64,000 nt of DNA from the NCBI GenBank assembly GCA_965645245.1, contig OZ287083.1, forward strand, positions 1,612,001 to 1,676,000, read 5' to 3'. Shown here one piece after another: positions 11,139 through 23,435 of this stretch. Source of the DNA: Massalongia carnosa (taxonomy: Eukaryota). How positions within the stretch are numbered: the first letter of the stretch is position 1; each line of letters opens with the position of its first letter. The notes below the pieces were generated by a model. That model was given only the letters and a program-made list of their open reading frames with translations, searched no databases and had not been told where the DNA came from. Both the position numbers and the translations under genes were made by a program.

Positions 11139-13011
11139 ATGAGCGTCGGACTCAATGCCAACCAGCTCACTGATGTCGCACCCGGCTGGGTCTCCGAACC
11201 TGACGGCCGGGGAACTTGGAAGCTACTGTATAGCTGTCTCATAACATTGTTTCTCTGCGTTTACAGTGCCATCCATCTTAACGTCGGGCCACCCGGAGAA
11301 ACTGCCTTCAAATGGTGGATTCACAAGTGCAAATGGGTTGGTGTTGGAATTGTCTCGCCAGAATTAGTGCTTTATTGTGCTGGTAAGCAGTGGTTTTCGG
11401 CGCGGAGGCTCTGTAGAAAGCTCGATGAGTTTACGGAGACATACGATCCAGATCCGTCCATGATTCAGGTCGAGCCCTTCTTCTCTAGGGCAGATCCACC
11501 TAGAAGAGCAGTGAGTTTGTTGAACATGACTTTCAGCTCGTATTCCGACTAACAGCCGTTGCTATCATTAGCGACCGTTACAGTCTACTATCAGCCGACC
11601 GAAGTACAAAATGATTTATGGACACTACGCCGTCATGGGAGGATTTGTGGTTGATGTTAGCCATATGCACAATACTTTGTCTCGACTCACTATTTCACCC
11701 AAGGGTATCGCTTTCCTTGCACGACACGGTCATTTTCTGAGTATACCGGAATCTACTATAAGTGACAAGAGCAAGGCCGATATCTTAGCAAAGGTCCTAG
11801 TCTGCCTTCAGGTGGTATGGATGCTTATACAAACCATCAGCAGGAAGGCTCTTGGCTATCCGATTACATTGTTGGAAGTCCACACGCTCGTGCATGTGGC
11901 TTGTGCAGTTGCCATGTATGGTCTGTGGTTTCGAAAGCCCCTTGACGTGCGTGATCCTACTCTCGTTGATGATTATGGGCTTCAAGACATACTGGCTTTG
12001 ATGTTGGTGCGAAATTACGGCTATGGAGATAGGGTGCGTATTGATGGCCATCCAGCTCGGATCCCAGTCCAGGCGGTACATCACACTCATCAGACTGGCT
12101 CGGAGAGCTCGTATCTACATGTTTATCCCTCTCGAAGGACATGTGAGCCAAGGGAGAACGGGAATATAGTTCCAAGAAATTCAGAAACATGGCTTAATCA
12201 AAAGCCTTCGAAGCGGCAGCAGCTCCAAACCTCAGTAGCACCTATTCCTGAAATTATTACTCATCATACAAGAGCTGGAGTTGATTTTGTGATTAATCCG
12301 CCAAATAACGTGCTTACTTCTTGCTGTGTTTTGTCTGGCCAATCCCTCCCCTGCGGCATTGGTCCAGCTCTGGATGTTCGTCCTCTCTGGAAGTCCGAAG
12401 CAACCCAGAAGCATGAAAGGTGCTTGTCGATTTCGTTGTCGGAAAAGGACATTCGGAGGTGGAATCTAGCCGCCAGCGCTTTGAGTAGAATAGACCAAGA
12501 CTTGCATACACCTCAAGGGTCCGTCAATTATTTCACATCTCATGCTCCCAACATATTTATCGATAAAAAAGGGTTGCGAGCAGGCTTCTATGCCTATTTC
12601 TGCGCTTGGGCGTCTGGGGGTTTGATTGCTGCCCTCGTCCTGTGTAGTTTCTATGGGGCTGTCCATATGCTCGCCTTGCCGTTTGAATTCCCAAATCCCA
12701 TCGAGCGTTTGCTATGGAAGATTGCGTGCATCGATATCATTGCGGGCACTATCTCGTTGCTTGCCATTTTTTCCATCGTCATATACTTACACGAGCATGA
12801 CTCACGGAGTTTATGGAACGCAATTTTAGACATAGAGCCAGGTATCCTACCATGGTTGTATCGACTAGTAATACTTATTGGAGTGTTGAACCTACCACTG
12901 TTTGTACTCTCAAGGATATATATTATCGTGGAAACCTTTATCAGTTTGAGACATGTTCCATCGGGTGTTTATGCAACTGTCGTTTGGGCAGAATATCTTC
13001 CCCATTTATGA
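11139..13011 (+). CDS. Uncharacterised fungal multi-pass membrane protein (2 exons)
   Basis: Exons 11139-11510 and 11572-13011 (GTGAGT...TAG, phase 0). Family-typical motifs GWVSEPDGRGTW..L.SC, GHYAVMGGFVVD, DKSKAD.LAK.LVCLQ, and a C-terminal VETFISLR..P.GVY.TV.W..YLPHL. Confidence 0.85.
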
Positions 13012-13346
13012 GATGTTAAGGACGAGAATACTTTGAGCGAGGAAATGTTCGACGCTCGACAATTCGAATTCGGGAAATTTCGCAGGAATTAATGATTATG
13101 TGCTAAAGATGCCGCATATTTTCTTCAGATATTTGTGATTCTAGAATCTTTGAAAATTTGATTAGAATCCACTGTTCTGTTTTGAGTTAAACGTCGAACT
13201 TTTATCAGCGCTAGTTAACTAGATAGTTGTCAACGCCATAAGCGTAAATGGAAAAATTTGAATCTTGCAGGCTATTCAATCACAAATCAACTTTAAGTCG
13301 CTTGCTGCGGAATCATAAAGCGTATCTTTTTCTTGCTGCTTCTAAG

Positions 13347-14384
13347 ATGTCATCTTCAAGATGGCTTCTAGGGTTGAAAGCGACTTTCTGGCGTGTCTTG
13401 ATGTCAATCGGAATGTTCTCCCACAAACTTGCTCCTCCACGACCAAAGCTTTCTTCATACAGCATTCAAATCCCCGCCACACTCTCGCCAATGCAGGGCT
13501 CAATCTGTCTTTTGTTCTATGTTCCTTGCGACTTCCGTCTACCATCGCCTTCCCAGGCTCAGCCTAGGAGCAAATTCCCCAATCGCTGGCGGTATCCCGT
13601 CGTTATCAACTTTCACGGTGGGGGATTTAGCCTTGGGAGTCCATCCGATGACGCACGCTGGGCTTCCGTCGTAACCGAAAATGTAAAGGCAGTAGTTGTA
13701 AGCGTAGGCTATCGTCTCGCTCCGCAGTATCCATTTCCAACCGCAGTTGAGGACGGTGTGGACGCCATTCTCTGGCTTCTCAGAAACGGTGAGTCGATGG
13801 ATTTGGACTGCGAGAGTATGGCGCTCAGTGGGTTCTCCTCTGGAGGGAACCTGTGCTTCACAGTTGCATTGAAGTTAGAAGCCGAGCTTAAGAAGCTAAA
13901 AGCTGGGGCTGGGGATCAAAATGAACTTACAACGGTCAAACCCCGTGTACTCGTTAGCTGGTACCCTAGTCTTGACTATACATTATCCAGAACAGTACGA
14001 CGAGCCTCGAATCCTGGAGGTGCAGAAAGATCTTTGTCAACGTACTTTACGGATCTCTTTGACGCTGCGTATCTTCATCCGCTGAGCGCAGTGGCAAAAG
14101 ATGACCCCTACCTCTCTCCAGGAACCGCAACTGATCAAACCCTGATCGAGGGCTTGCCCAAAAATATCGTGCTGTTCACGTGTGAATATGATCAACTGTT
14201 CAGAGAAGGTGAAACTTTTCGCGCTAGACTTGAGCAACTTGGCAAACAAGTTTCGGGAAGGGTGATTCCCGGCGTGAAGCATGGCTGGGATCGATCGCCC
14301 AACCCTTTGTGGGCAGACTCGAAGGCCATGACTGCGTATCGCGAGGCTTGCGAGGAGCTGAAAAGGATATTTGATGAGAGATAA
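13347..14384 (+). CDS. Alpha/beta hydrolase fold-3 (HSL-family lipase/esterase)
   Basis: NFHGGGF oxyanion motif, YRLAPQYPFPTAVED, GFSSGGNL nucleophile elbow, late D...H (EYD, HGWD). An upstream in-frame ATG at 13248 is also possible. Confidence 0.9.
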   Translation: MSSSRWLLGLKATFWRVLMSIGMFSHKLAPPRPKLSSYSIQIPATLSPMQGSICLLFYVPCDFRLPSPSQAQPRSKFPNRWRYPVVINFHGGGFSLGSPSDDARWASVVTENVKAVVVSVGYRLAPQYPFPTAVEDGVDAILWLLRNGESMDLDCESMALSGFSSGGNLCFTVALKLEAELKKLKAGAGDQNELTTVKPRVLVSWYPSLDYTLSRTVRRASNPGGAERSLSTYFTDLFDAAYLHPLSAVAKDDPYLSPGTATDQTLIEGLPKNIVLFTCEYDQLFREGETFRARLEQLGKQVSGRVIPGVKHGWDRSPNPLWADSKAMTAYREACEELKRIFDER

Positions 14385-14579
14385 TAAGATTAATGAAGAG
14401 GTATTGGTCAAAATCGGTTATATAATCGAGAAGAGTTGTTGAAAGATATATCGAGGACTGTCAACATTGAAGATGCGACGACAGTCACAAGATTGGAGAC
14501 AATGCTCATCGTTGAATCATGTCGGATGCCTTCGAGCGTCCCCGACATTTCCCCAGATCCCAGTCAATAATAAAAACAT

Positions 14580-15398
14580 CTACTTGCCAACAACCAGCAA
14601 TCCATAATTCGACACTTCTCGATAACTCTCCAACTCCTCCAAGCTGGCCCCTCCAGGCCCCTCGCCTCTCAGATATCTCTCCGGCACACTTGTATCACTC
14701 CAAACCAACTCCCCTTTCATACCCGCCTCCCGTGCCGCAGTCTCATAGACATCCTTCCGTAAGTGATAACAATCGAAATCCATGTCCCCCTCCTCCGTGT
14801 CGCCGTGCACGTGAAAATAGATCCCGTCCTCCACATCCTTGATGATGCGATAAACAAAGCCACCCGATCCCTCCGGTGGGGGACGGGCACGGAGCTCGGC
14901 ATGCACGGAGGCCGTCGGATCTTGCGTCGGCGGAACCGTGACACCGACGAAGTGCCCCCCGTCCTTGAGGTTGCCGGCAATGTTGCGGAACATGTCGACC
15001 AGTCCAGCGCGATCGGACGCGTAGTTCAGCAGCCAGGCGGCAAAGACGAGGTCAAACGGCCCACCAGCATAGGCGGTTGGTGTCGCGCAGTCGGCGACAA
15101 TAAAGTCGATGGGTCCACCAGTGCGCGTGGCAGCATCGCTTGCCTGTCCAAGGCGGGCCTGTCCAAGGCGGGCCTCCTCGATCATCGCTGGTGAAATGTC
15201 CACCCCGACCACGGCTTTCGCGCCCCATTTCAGGAAGTCGAAGGTGTAGAAGCCCGAGCCGCAGGCGAGTTCCAGCACGCATGCATTGGTGATGAAGGGC
15301 GCAACGGTAGCCTGCACGTTTTCGTGCTCGATGAAAGCGATGGATTTTTTGCGAAGGCAGTTGTAGGAGGCTTGAATGGTGTCGTATTGAGGTGACAT
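14580..15398 (-). CDS. Class I SAM-dependent methyltransferase (ToxA-like), intronless
   Basis: VLELACGSG, VVGVDISPAMI, FDLVFAAWLLNYA, NLKDGGHFV motifs. Start MSPQYD at 15398. Confidence 0.88.
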   Translation of the reverse strand: MSPQYDTIQASYNCLRKKSIAFIEHENVQATVAPFITNACVLELACGSGFYTFDFLKWGAKAVVGVDISPAMIEEARLGQARLGQASDAATRTGGPIDFIVADCATPTAYAGGPFDLVFAAWLLNYASDRAGLVDMFRNIAGNLKDGGHFVGVTVPPTQDPTASVHAELRARPPPEGSGGFVYRIIKDVEDGIYFHVHGDTEEGDMDFDCYHLRKDVYETAAREAGMKGELVWSDTSVPERYLRGEGPGGASLEELESYREVSNYGLLVVGK

Positions 15399-15766
15399 CG
15401 CTACTAAATAATACACATCTAGAAGGGTTGATAACAATAATGAGGAGAGGAGGAGATGGGCATCGGGGCGGCCAAATTCAACCGATGTAATAACTTCACA
15501 TAAGATTCAGCCAAAAAAAGCCTTTGCACATCCCGATCGAGCACTCGAAAGATCAATACCGTACTGTCGATGATGGAGTTGAGGGAGTTGAGGGCATGGA
15601 TGATGCTGCCGAGGTAGTTATCGAGGAGCGCCTACCTCGTATGGAGGCAGCTAAGCGAGGCGGACGATTAAGTTTGGTGTGTATTTTAAGAATTTCATTC
15701 TACGAGTTTGGTCTCACGAGTTATGTCTCCTTACGACTTTTATTCCCCCAGGGCTTTTGTTTACTC

Positions 15767-15867
15767 AGGGACTTTATTTCCCCAGGGCTTTTATTCTCCC
15801 AGGGCTTTTATTCCCTCGGGATACGAAAGCCCTGGGAGAATAAAAGCTCTGGGGGAATAAAGTCCCT
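15767..15867. repeat. Inverted repeat/hairpin: 42-bp arms with 2 mismatches and a 17-nt loop, built from short TTTATTCCCCAGGGC-like units
   Basis: The arm at 15767-15808 is the reverse complement of 15826-15867. Confidence 0.8.
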
Positions 15868-15919
15868 AGCCAAGAAAAACGCCCAAGGCTTTGAAATGAC
15901 TGGGGCTTTTTAGTCCATA

Positions 15920-16190
15920 TTCCTTTTCAATCACTACTCCCTTTCAGTCCCTACTCTCGTCTAATTCCTACGCTTTTTGAATTCCTACCCACTTCCAGTC
16001 CCTACTCCCTTCTAGATTTTACTCCCTTTCAGTCACTACTCTCTTCCAGTTCCTATGCTTTTTGAATTCCTACTCCCTTCCAGTCTCTACTCTCTTTCAG
16101 TCTTCACTCTCTTTCAACGACTACAATCTTTCAGTCCCTACTCTCTTTCAGTCCCTACGCTTTTTAAAGCCCTACTAGTCCTCACCCCCT
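15920..16190. repeat. Degenerate ~19-bp minisatellite (TTCAGTCCCTACTCTCT-like)
   Basis: Over ten imperfect head-to-tail units with no unique spacers. Confidence 0.75.
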
Positions 16191-16668
16191 TTAGCGATAA
16201 TATTTAACTTTAACTTTTATGAAAAGCTTCATTCGCGAGACGCTTGTCTCCGTTATATTGAATGTAAAATTTTTCGTAAAACACGGATGAGTCTATGAAA
16301 TGTTTCATTTATGACGCTCAGGATTTTAAAGAAAGGGGGGGGGTTTCGGAAAAGGATCTCATAAAGGAGGGTTGGAAAAGAACTTTTGGTCACCAGAGGA
16401 TTAAATGATGAAGTCTTATTAATAACAAGTGCTGGTGCGAAATGAAAAAGAAAGATGAATCAAATCCTTGAATACTCCGCTGGATTCGAGCTATACCGTA
16501 TTTGGTCAAAAAGATAAGAATTCTGTTGACAGCACACACTGAGATGCAAAGACACTAACTAACCCCGTAAGAGCCTTGCACTACTAGAAGAGAGCTTTAC
16601 CATAGCATTGCCTCTAGTGATAATCTTTCGTGCTTCCTATAGCTTTGCCTTGCTTTAAATGATAGTAG

Positions 16669-17068
16669 TGCAAGTTCTCGCACGGAGCTGTGATGAGTAA
16701 GAACAGCGTTAATACAAAATCATCACAGTCTACCGCTAGATCACGACCGCAGACCGAACTCGAAACTGGCTTCCGAGAGTGGATGTTCCTTATATCAAGA
16801 CAGAATACGCGGTTTCAAGTTGTGGAGGTTGAGAAGTTCTTCAAGGTGGCCTAGGAATTTATCAGCAAGGAGCATACAGAAACTGGGCAACAGATTATCA
16901 TGAAGCTAGCGACTGAGGAAGAGCTAACTATGATCAAGGCTCTTACAGATGAAAAGGTCGATGGCGTTGAGCTAGAAATGAGGCTGCGTATCTTTAAGAA
17001 TAGATTCTCCCCCGGACATCCTGTCATTCCTGATTTTGGAGACACCGCTCGATCGCGTGTTCAGTAAT
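16669..17068 (+). pseudogene. Remnant resembling the N-terminus of fungal NFX1-type zinc-finger/SF1 helicase (ZNFX1-like) proteins
   Basis: Hand translation: CKFSH (CCCH finger end)...GFREWMFLI...EKFFKVA*EFI...QQIIMKLATEEELTMIKAL, then in another frame ILSFLILETPLDRVF. Resemblance is from memory of the family; the segment has a stop and a frameshift. Confidence 0.45.
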
Positions 17069-19972
17069 TAGCCTCAACGTGGAAATGAGGTTTGGATATT
17101 CCATTAGCGGAATAAAATAGAAAGAATTCAGGATACATGCATTGGAAGGAGGGGCAGGACTTGATTGTTGGCGCGTACAAGTCATGCATCCTCGACTAAT
17201 CTCTATCGTCGACAACAAGTGATGATCACAAACTGTGCTCTGCCAATAAGCTGCCGTGGGGCGCGTAACTGGTCCCTAATTTAGCATCTCACATCTTGCC
17301 AACAATTTCTCGCCTCGGCCACACCATCTTCTGTTGACAACCATCTGTCTTATTTGAAGCCAGCGGCTCCATAAACCTATCTCTTATTCTCTTCTTCCAA
17401 TCCACATGACTCGCGGTCAAGCAAAGTCAGACGTCAGGAAAAGTGGGCATACCCGTGGTTCATGTTCAGTGTGCTTGAGTTGACCATCATTAGGAAAGCG
17501 GCTTCAAGATATCAAGACGCACGCTTACGAGCAATCCGTGTTCAAGGACAAGCACATTCAGTAAACACATCCACTTCCTCTCTTTTAGCGAACTATGCCT
17601 TCTGTGAAGAGGCATGTCCTGTGGTCATCCCCCCATACTGTGCCACGAAGGCTAACTCGAATCAAACTTCCCACAAGATTCATCGACCTTGCAGCAATTC
17701 AGGAATTTAGGGTTAGCGATAGAGATAAGGATCGGTGCACTATCTTGGGCCTAGGAGGTGGCCGAAAGGTTGTTGTCTTCCGTCAGAGACTCCGTGTTAA
17801 ACTGCTATGGGAGCAGCCGCATAATCACCATCCAACATCATCCCATCTGCGAGCGCCGACCTTTTTTTACGTCGATAAAGTTGCCGTGAGTGAGTGGCTC
17901 AAGGTTTCCGAACACTAAATTCTTTGCGGAAGGGATGTGGGCATTACCCAGAGCTGACCCAAAATTCCCTAGGGACACATGATCCTCAAATGCTTGAGCT
18001 TTCGGATTTTCTGCCTTCTTGATCCTTTGAGCGTTGGGGTATCGTATGATGCACTATTGTGGATGAATAGATCACTAGAGACTTGTCATCTCCATTCAGA
18101 GGAGAATGGTCAATGGCGAGATCAAGTTCTGCGGAGTAGTGAGAGACCTTTCGTAGATGCTATGCTATACTGTTACACAAATCGATGCAACCTCTTACGA
18201 TGTAAGAGCGGAGAAAGTATCTTGATTTTGATTATTTATCTCATATGTCAATTTTTCGTTTCTTTGACAGCCTACACAGTAGCACACGTAATTCTCGATC
18301 TCGAGATCTCTATATTTATAATATCATTCGGCCTATTGCTCATGTGTTATGCTCATTATGCTTAGATATAAATCATAATGGCGACCTGTCCTGTGGTCCC
18401 ATGTTTGACATTGTTCCAGAAGTCACTGAATATTTCAGCTAACTGCGTAGAAATAAATGGGCATATCGGCATATGGTCTACATTGGACTGCGGTTAATTT
18501 GTGTCACATCGACGCCCGGAGTTATTGCTTTCCTGTTTATTTCTGTTGACGTCTTGCTTCCCCCTTCGTTGCTAGCATCTAGATATATTGAGAAACCATT
18601 TACAAGGTTTTCTTTCTTGCGCCGTCATATTTTCACCACAGTCTCAACACTCAAGATCTCTCGCGATAATAAAGCGAATCCTTGCGATTTACAGCAGAAA
18701 GTTTATTGATTTCAAGAATACGTTTTTCTGATATCAAGCAGAAAGATCTACAATATAATCTTCTGAATCAATCCTCATCATCATCAATCATGGCTTCTTT
18801 TTATTTAATTGATTATTTATCTCCAACTAATATCAATGACATGCTACGATTATGGGAGGAACTGGGATAGTATTTGATCATACAAGAAGAGTAAGCTCCG
18901 TCTTTGGTCAATAATTCAATCAGGTCTTTGCTTTTTTTTGACAACCCTTCCTGACTGAAGTAACACTAACATGATAGGGCGATCAAAAACGAAATCGTTA
19001 TTATTGAGAATAGAATGGCCCTGCGAATCATGGGCAATCCTATATTTGCGCAGGAGGCACGCTTTGCAAAGCGCTTGAATCTTGTAGCGAGTGAGATTGC
19101 GCTTTTCGTGATCGAGGCTCGATGTAGTGGCAATTTATATCATCAAAAAATGATTCGTTATGCTTACCTATAATAGGGTAGGAAAAAATGGGAGGCCAAT
19201 TCCGCAAATGCCAATTTTGCCTAGTGTCCATCAACAAAAAGCCGGCATGTTGAAACAGTTCTCCCTTGTATGGGAAGTGGCAGTAGGACAATGGGCCCAT
19301 GCAGACACAAAATGGGCCAATTTGATCGCTCCTGAACAAGGGGCGCGTTTTCGAGCCAGATTTTTCGAATGGCGTGAAGCGACCTTTCCACCGCATCCAC
19401 GCCCGTATGGACGCATCGACAATGGGAAGAGATTTGGGCGCGTCAGAACCCATGGGATGATCAGATACAGATGTGGGAGGAGGATATAGATCATGAGGTG
19501 AACGGATCGGACGAATAGGAAAGGGGGAGGAAGGAATAGGGAGGTTAGAGAGAAAGAAGGCGAGCAGTATGTGAGGGAGGGGTGAAGGGTTTGGTGAGGT
19601 TATGAAGGCTAATGGGGATGGATCGATCTAATGCTTGAGGATTAGTTATGAAGCTTTTGAGGATTCTGTGCCACTCTGCAGTGCCATTTTTTATCGGCTT
19701 GCATTGATCTCATCCGCTCACAGCACTACGTCTAAGATTTCTTTCCCGTTCAGGAGTCTCGTGACCCATAACCGGAGTCTATAAAAGCAGCAGAAAAGCA
19801 TTAGAAAAAGTAGGAGGGAGAATGATAATGAGTAGCGTCAGCGTGCCCACTCCTGGTGGCAGGTTGTCGATCACTGGGTAAGTGCCAAGCTTCGATTATT
19901 ATCTAGGAATGATGAAGAGACTGAAACCTTTAGGTTAAAAAGAAAAGACGGTATAAATCTAGAGGATGTGAT

Positions 19973-20203
19973 CTATAATATCAACCTAGGAATTCCATCA
20001 AGAAGCGCATGTTTCAATTCAATGTTTTCGCACGACATAGCTTCTTGTCGGCTTTTTGCTTCAGCGTTCTGTCGAAGGATCCAGCTAACCAGTGCTTGCT
20101 TGAGTAGTTCCTGATTATGCCGCTTCTTAGCACGATATGATTGTGCTTGTCGCCTCGCTCGCTCGACTTTGGATGTCATCATTTCATTTGAGTTACGGAC
20201 CAA
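19973..20203 (-). other. Possible bZIP-like fragment
   Basis: KVERARRQAQSYRAKKR basic region followed by helical sequence. Short, with no clear gene model. Confidence 0.25.
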
Positions 20204-20289
20204 AGCACAGCTCGGAAGGGTAACATGTTTAACTCGGATAAAATTTCAACCGAAAATCGATTTGAGAAAACCATTGATAATGCTTGCAG

Positions 20290-20535
20290 TCGGCCTCCTT
20301 CCACCGTCCTTGATTCGTGTATGCCAATGCCAGGTTGACTATACTGATTAGTGTGTCTAGATGCTCCTCTCCCAGTATCCTTGAGCCTGTCTTCATCACT
20401 TGTATCTCTAGCTCCTCGGCCTCCTTTCACCGTCCTTGATTTCAGTAGGTCAATGCCAGTTTGGCCATGCTGCTCAGCGTGGAAGGATGCTCCGGCCTCA
20501 ATATCCTCTTTCTTGTCTCTGCCGCTTTAGCAACA
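20290..20535 (-). pseudogene. Kinesin-light-chain-type TPR repeats (fungal NLR C-terminus remnant)
   Basis: Hand translation ETRKRILRPEHPSTLSSMAKLALTY*NQGR*KEAEELEIQVMKTGSRILGEEHLDTLISIVNLALAYTNQGRWKEA: two 42-aa TPR units with two stops. Confidence 0.8.
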
Positions 20536-21179
20536 GTCTCTGCAGTGGAAGAAACCCTCATAAGAATCTTTCTAGGAGAGTTAAGATGATCAGGTAGTAG
20601 TAGAGTGAGTATTTGAGAAAGAGAGGAGGATCAACGGTGTTAGGGTGTTAAAACGTGTCACAAGATGTCGAGGAATTATCTAAGTCGTCGCGACGAGAAG
20701 CCCAAAACCGCTACTCTTTCTCAAGGCTCGCTATTGGTTTCTTAGGTGTCTCTCGAGCTCATTCTCCCAGGAGGCCTAATACAGACTTATGTATCTAGGG
20801 ATAAATCTGATTGTCGATGAGGTTGAGATTTCTGTTTTACGACAGCTTTAGATATATTGGGGATAAAATGCACAGGCCCAAGAATGCGGATAAAATGGCA
20901 GAGGAGCATGGTAGTAGACATTGATTTCTACGAGAAAAGGCGAATTTATTACAAAAAGATAGAAAAAGCCAAATAACGCTCCATCTATTGTAGATGACTT
21001 TCCTATCGCACCTCATTATAGACATCTTGCTTATTTGCGTGCCTATTTGCAACATCCTTATTCCGCAGTGAGTCTACTCGATTTTGCTTGGCGTACCTTC
21101 AGAAAACCGAGAGGGAATGGCAGCGTCGTCAGAGTATTTGTAATGAGATATTTTAAAAAAGGTATTAAATTTCGCATAA

Positions 21180-21553
21180 AAGGTTGCTCTCTGGTAACAT
21201 ATTGAAATATCTGAGAAATTGTTCGCTGGACAATTTTGATCCTCCTGTTAAAGAAAATGAACTCACTTTCATCAAACACTGTCGATTCGTCAAAGTTACG
21301 CTTTCCCCAAATGGCATTATAACACTGGTTGGCTCTGGAGATGGGATATAGAGATCGACACGACTGCACTCATCTTTCGAGTTCCATTCACGCCAGATCA
21401 GAAATCTTCGCCTCATGGCCTGCGCTTTTGTCAGAGATCACGGCTACGGCAACTCGCTTTGAAACTGAAATCACAGGGCTATGAGGTCCTTGCCAACAAG
21501 ATATATGGGTATCTGCATGAGGATGCACGTGCAGAACAAGGAAGCTATTGAGC
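21180..21553 (+). pseudogene. Fragment resembling the region downstream of fungal HET domains (also at 43856-44224)
   Basis: ELTFIKHCRFVKVTLSPNGIITTGWLW motif, recognised from memory. No upstream gene body; frameshifted in copy A. Confidence 0.3.
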
Positions 21554-22742
21554 CATAATTCGCTTGTAGCGTACTCATATGAGGCTTTGCATGTGTCGTG
21601 GAATAGTCAAGGAGCATTCTCGCCTCAAAGTCCACATAATTTGATAGAGCACAATCCGTAGCAGTCTCGGAAGAAGGCGGTGGAAGGGAAGAGGGTTCAG
21701 AATATTCCTCCTGATTCGCAGTGTTTGTGTAATGAGGCAGCACATTCGTTTCAATACCTGCCTCCCATGTACAGAAGAGGGAGTTTATCGAAGCTCCTGG
21801 ATGAGTTATACTCGAAAAAGCCATTGAGCTATAAAGTGGCTGTTGATCAGAGAACGAATGATTCAGTTGAGACTGATCATCGCGTATGATTGGCTCCGAA
21901 GTAACTGTTTGTTCAAACAATCGGGATGACTTCCCATCGTTCAAGTTGGCCCCTACCTGGGGTACCGCGTTGTAATCGATAGCTGCATCCCATCTGCAGA
22001 ATAAAGAATCGGTCATGTCACGCCTCGTCTGACCCCCACCTGTAAGAAACACAGAAGAGTCGTCAGGTTGTTGAAGGGATTGCTTCCCAACTAGTGTCAT
22101 ACTACTGCTCGAGTCTAATAAATCACTTAAACCCCACGATCCGAAGACGTGTCTGAGGTTATTCAATGGCACAGTATCGTACGGCTCGTTGGGCTGAAGC
22201 CACATATTGGGCATAAAGCTTTCGTGACATCTCGTATACGCTGTAGACTCTTCTTCATATGATGGGGTTGGACAGGTTGTAGGCTCTAATGGCGGGATAA
22301 TATCATCCTGGGGCTCGCAAAGAGCTTGTTTTGAGTGGATTGAGACTATGTTGGCCTTTCTCCTATGAGCTCTGCGGACATGCTGGTCCAAAAGACGCCT
22401 TTGGTTAACAGTCTTTGGACATAGTAGGCAACGAAAGACTTTCTCGGAATCTTAAAAACCCCCATGAGCATGGCTAATAATGATTAGATTTCTTTCGATG
22501 TACGTACGCGAATCTTCATGCCTTTTCCATGTTGACTTTCGAAGGAATCGTTTCCCACAGACTCTGCAATAAGATACTCCTAACGCTGCCGAAGAGAAGT
22601 TGATGGTCAGATAAGCTCTATGGATATCGCACTTAGCACCAAATTCGCGAAGATGTTCTCTCAGAGAGTCTTTGCATCGACTACCAGAATATGTTCGAGA
22701 ACATGAAGATACTGGACAATTCTCTCGATCGGATTTCGACAT
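21471..22742 (-). CDS. C2H2 zinc-finger protein (~404 aa, 2 exons), copy A, intact
   Basis: Exons 22742-22508 and 22450-21471 (GTACGT...TAAG). Splicing completes CRVCGKRFLRKSTWKRHEDSH-SEKVFR-CLLCPKTVNQRRLLDQHVRRAH; there is a further atypical finger CPVSSC...H...H. Confidence 0.8.
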
Positions 22743-23435
22743 GCTGAAGGGAGTATGTAAAACTGTGGATGTAACAAACACGGAGGATGCTCTTGGTTGG
22801 AGCGGTGCGGTGTTTAGTCAGCGGCCCAACTCAGCCATGATTCTCTTGCCTCAGTACCTCAGACGTGCGTGGCTCTATGAGCCGGCTAAGCCCCTCCGGG
22901 TTAGCCTATTTTCGCTAAGCCCCTTCGGGTTAGCGGCCCTTTAGCTGACTACGCATGCTACGGGCGGCACGTCTGAGCGCAAAACTCTGTATTTTTGTCA
23001 GATCCGGCTTATTTTGGTGCGCGCTCATACAAATTTTTGGCTTAACCTCAAAAATCATCAAGAATCAAGTTGACGGCGGAATCAACAACGCGCAACGACA
23101 TTTCATAAATTATGTAATAATAGAAATGATGCTTTGATATACATTCTATCGATTAATCAATATTTTAATTACATATCGATGCAAAATTGAGTCGCAATAT
23201 CGATCTCGCGACGAGGACTCGACTTTGACTCGAAATTTCGACACCACCACAGCAGACTCAACGGGTCACTAGCTCCAGTTTTTCATTGTCGGCGCTTCTG
23301 ATCATTAATCTGATCCTCCGAGCGTTGTTTTCGAAAGCCTAAAATCGTTGAATGTGATGAACTTGCTTGATGTGCGTTTTGCGGGCTAAGAATCCAACTC
23401 GCGAATCGTCGAATATCGCTCGCGAACACATCGAA

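Noticed and set aside
15920..16190. CRISPR-like array (also 36130-36213 and 41230-41305)
   Set aside because: Head-to-tail repeats without unique spacers, in a eukaryotic context.
18789..19489. Possible small intron-containing gene
   Set aside because: Has in-frame stops and no recognisable domain.
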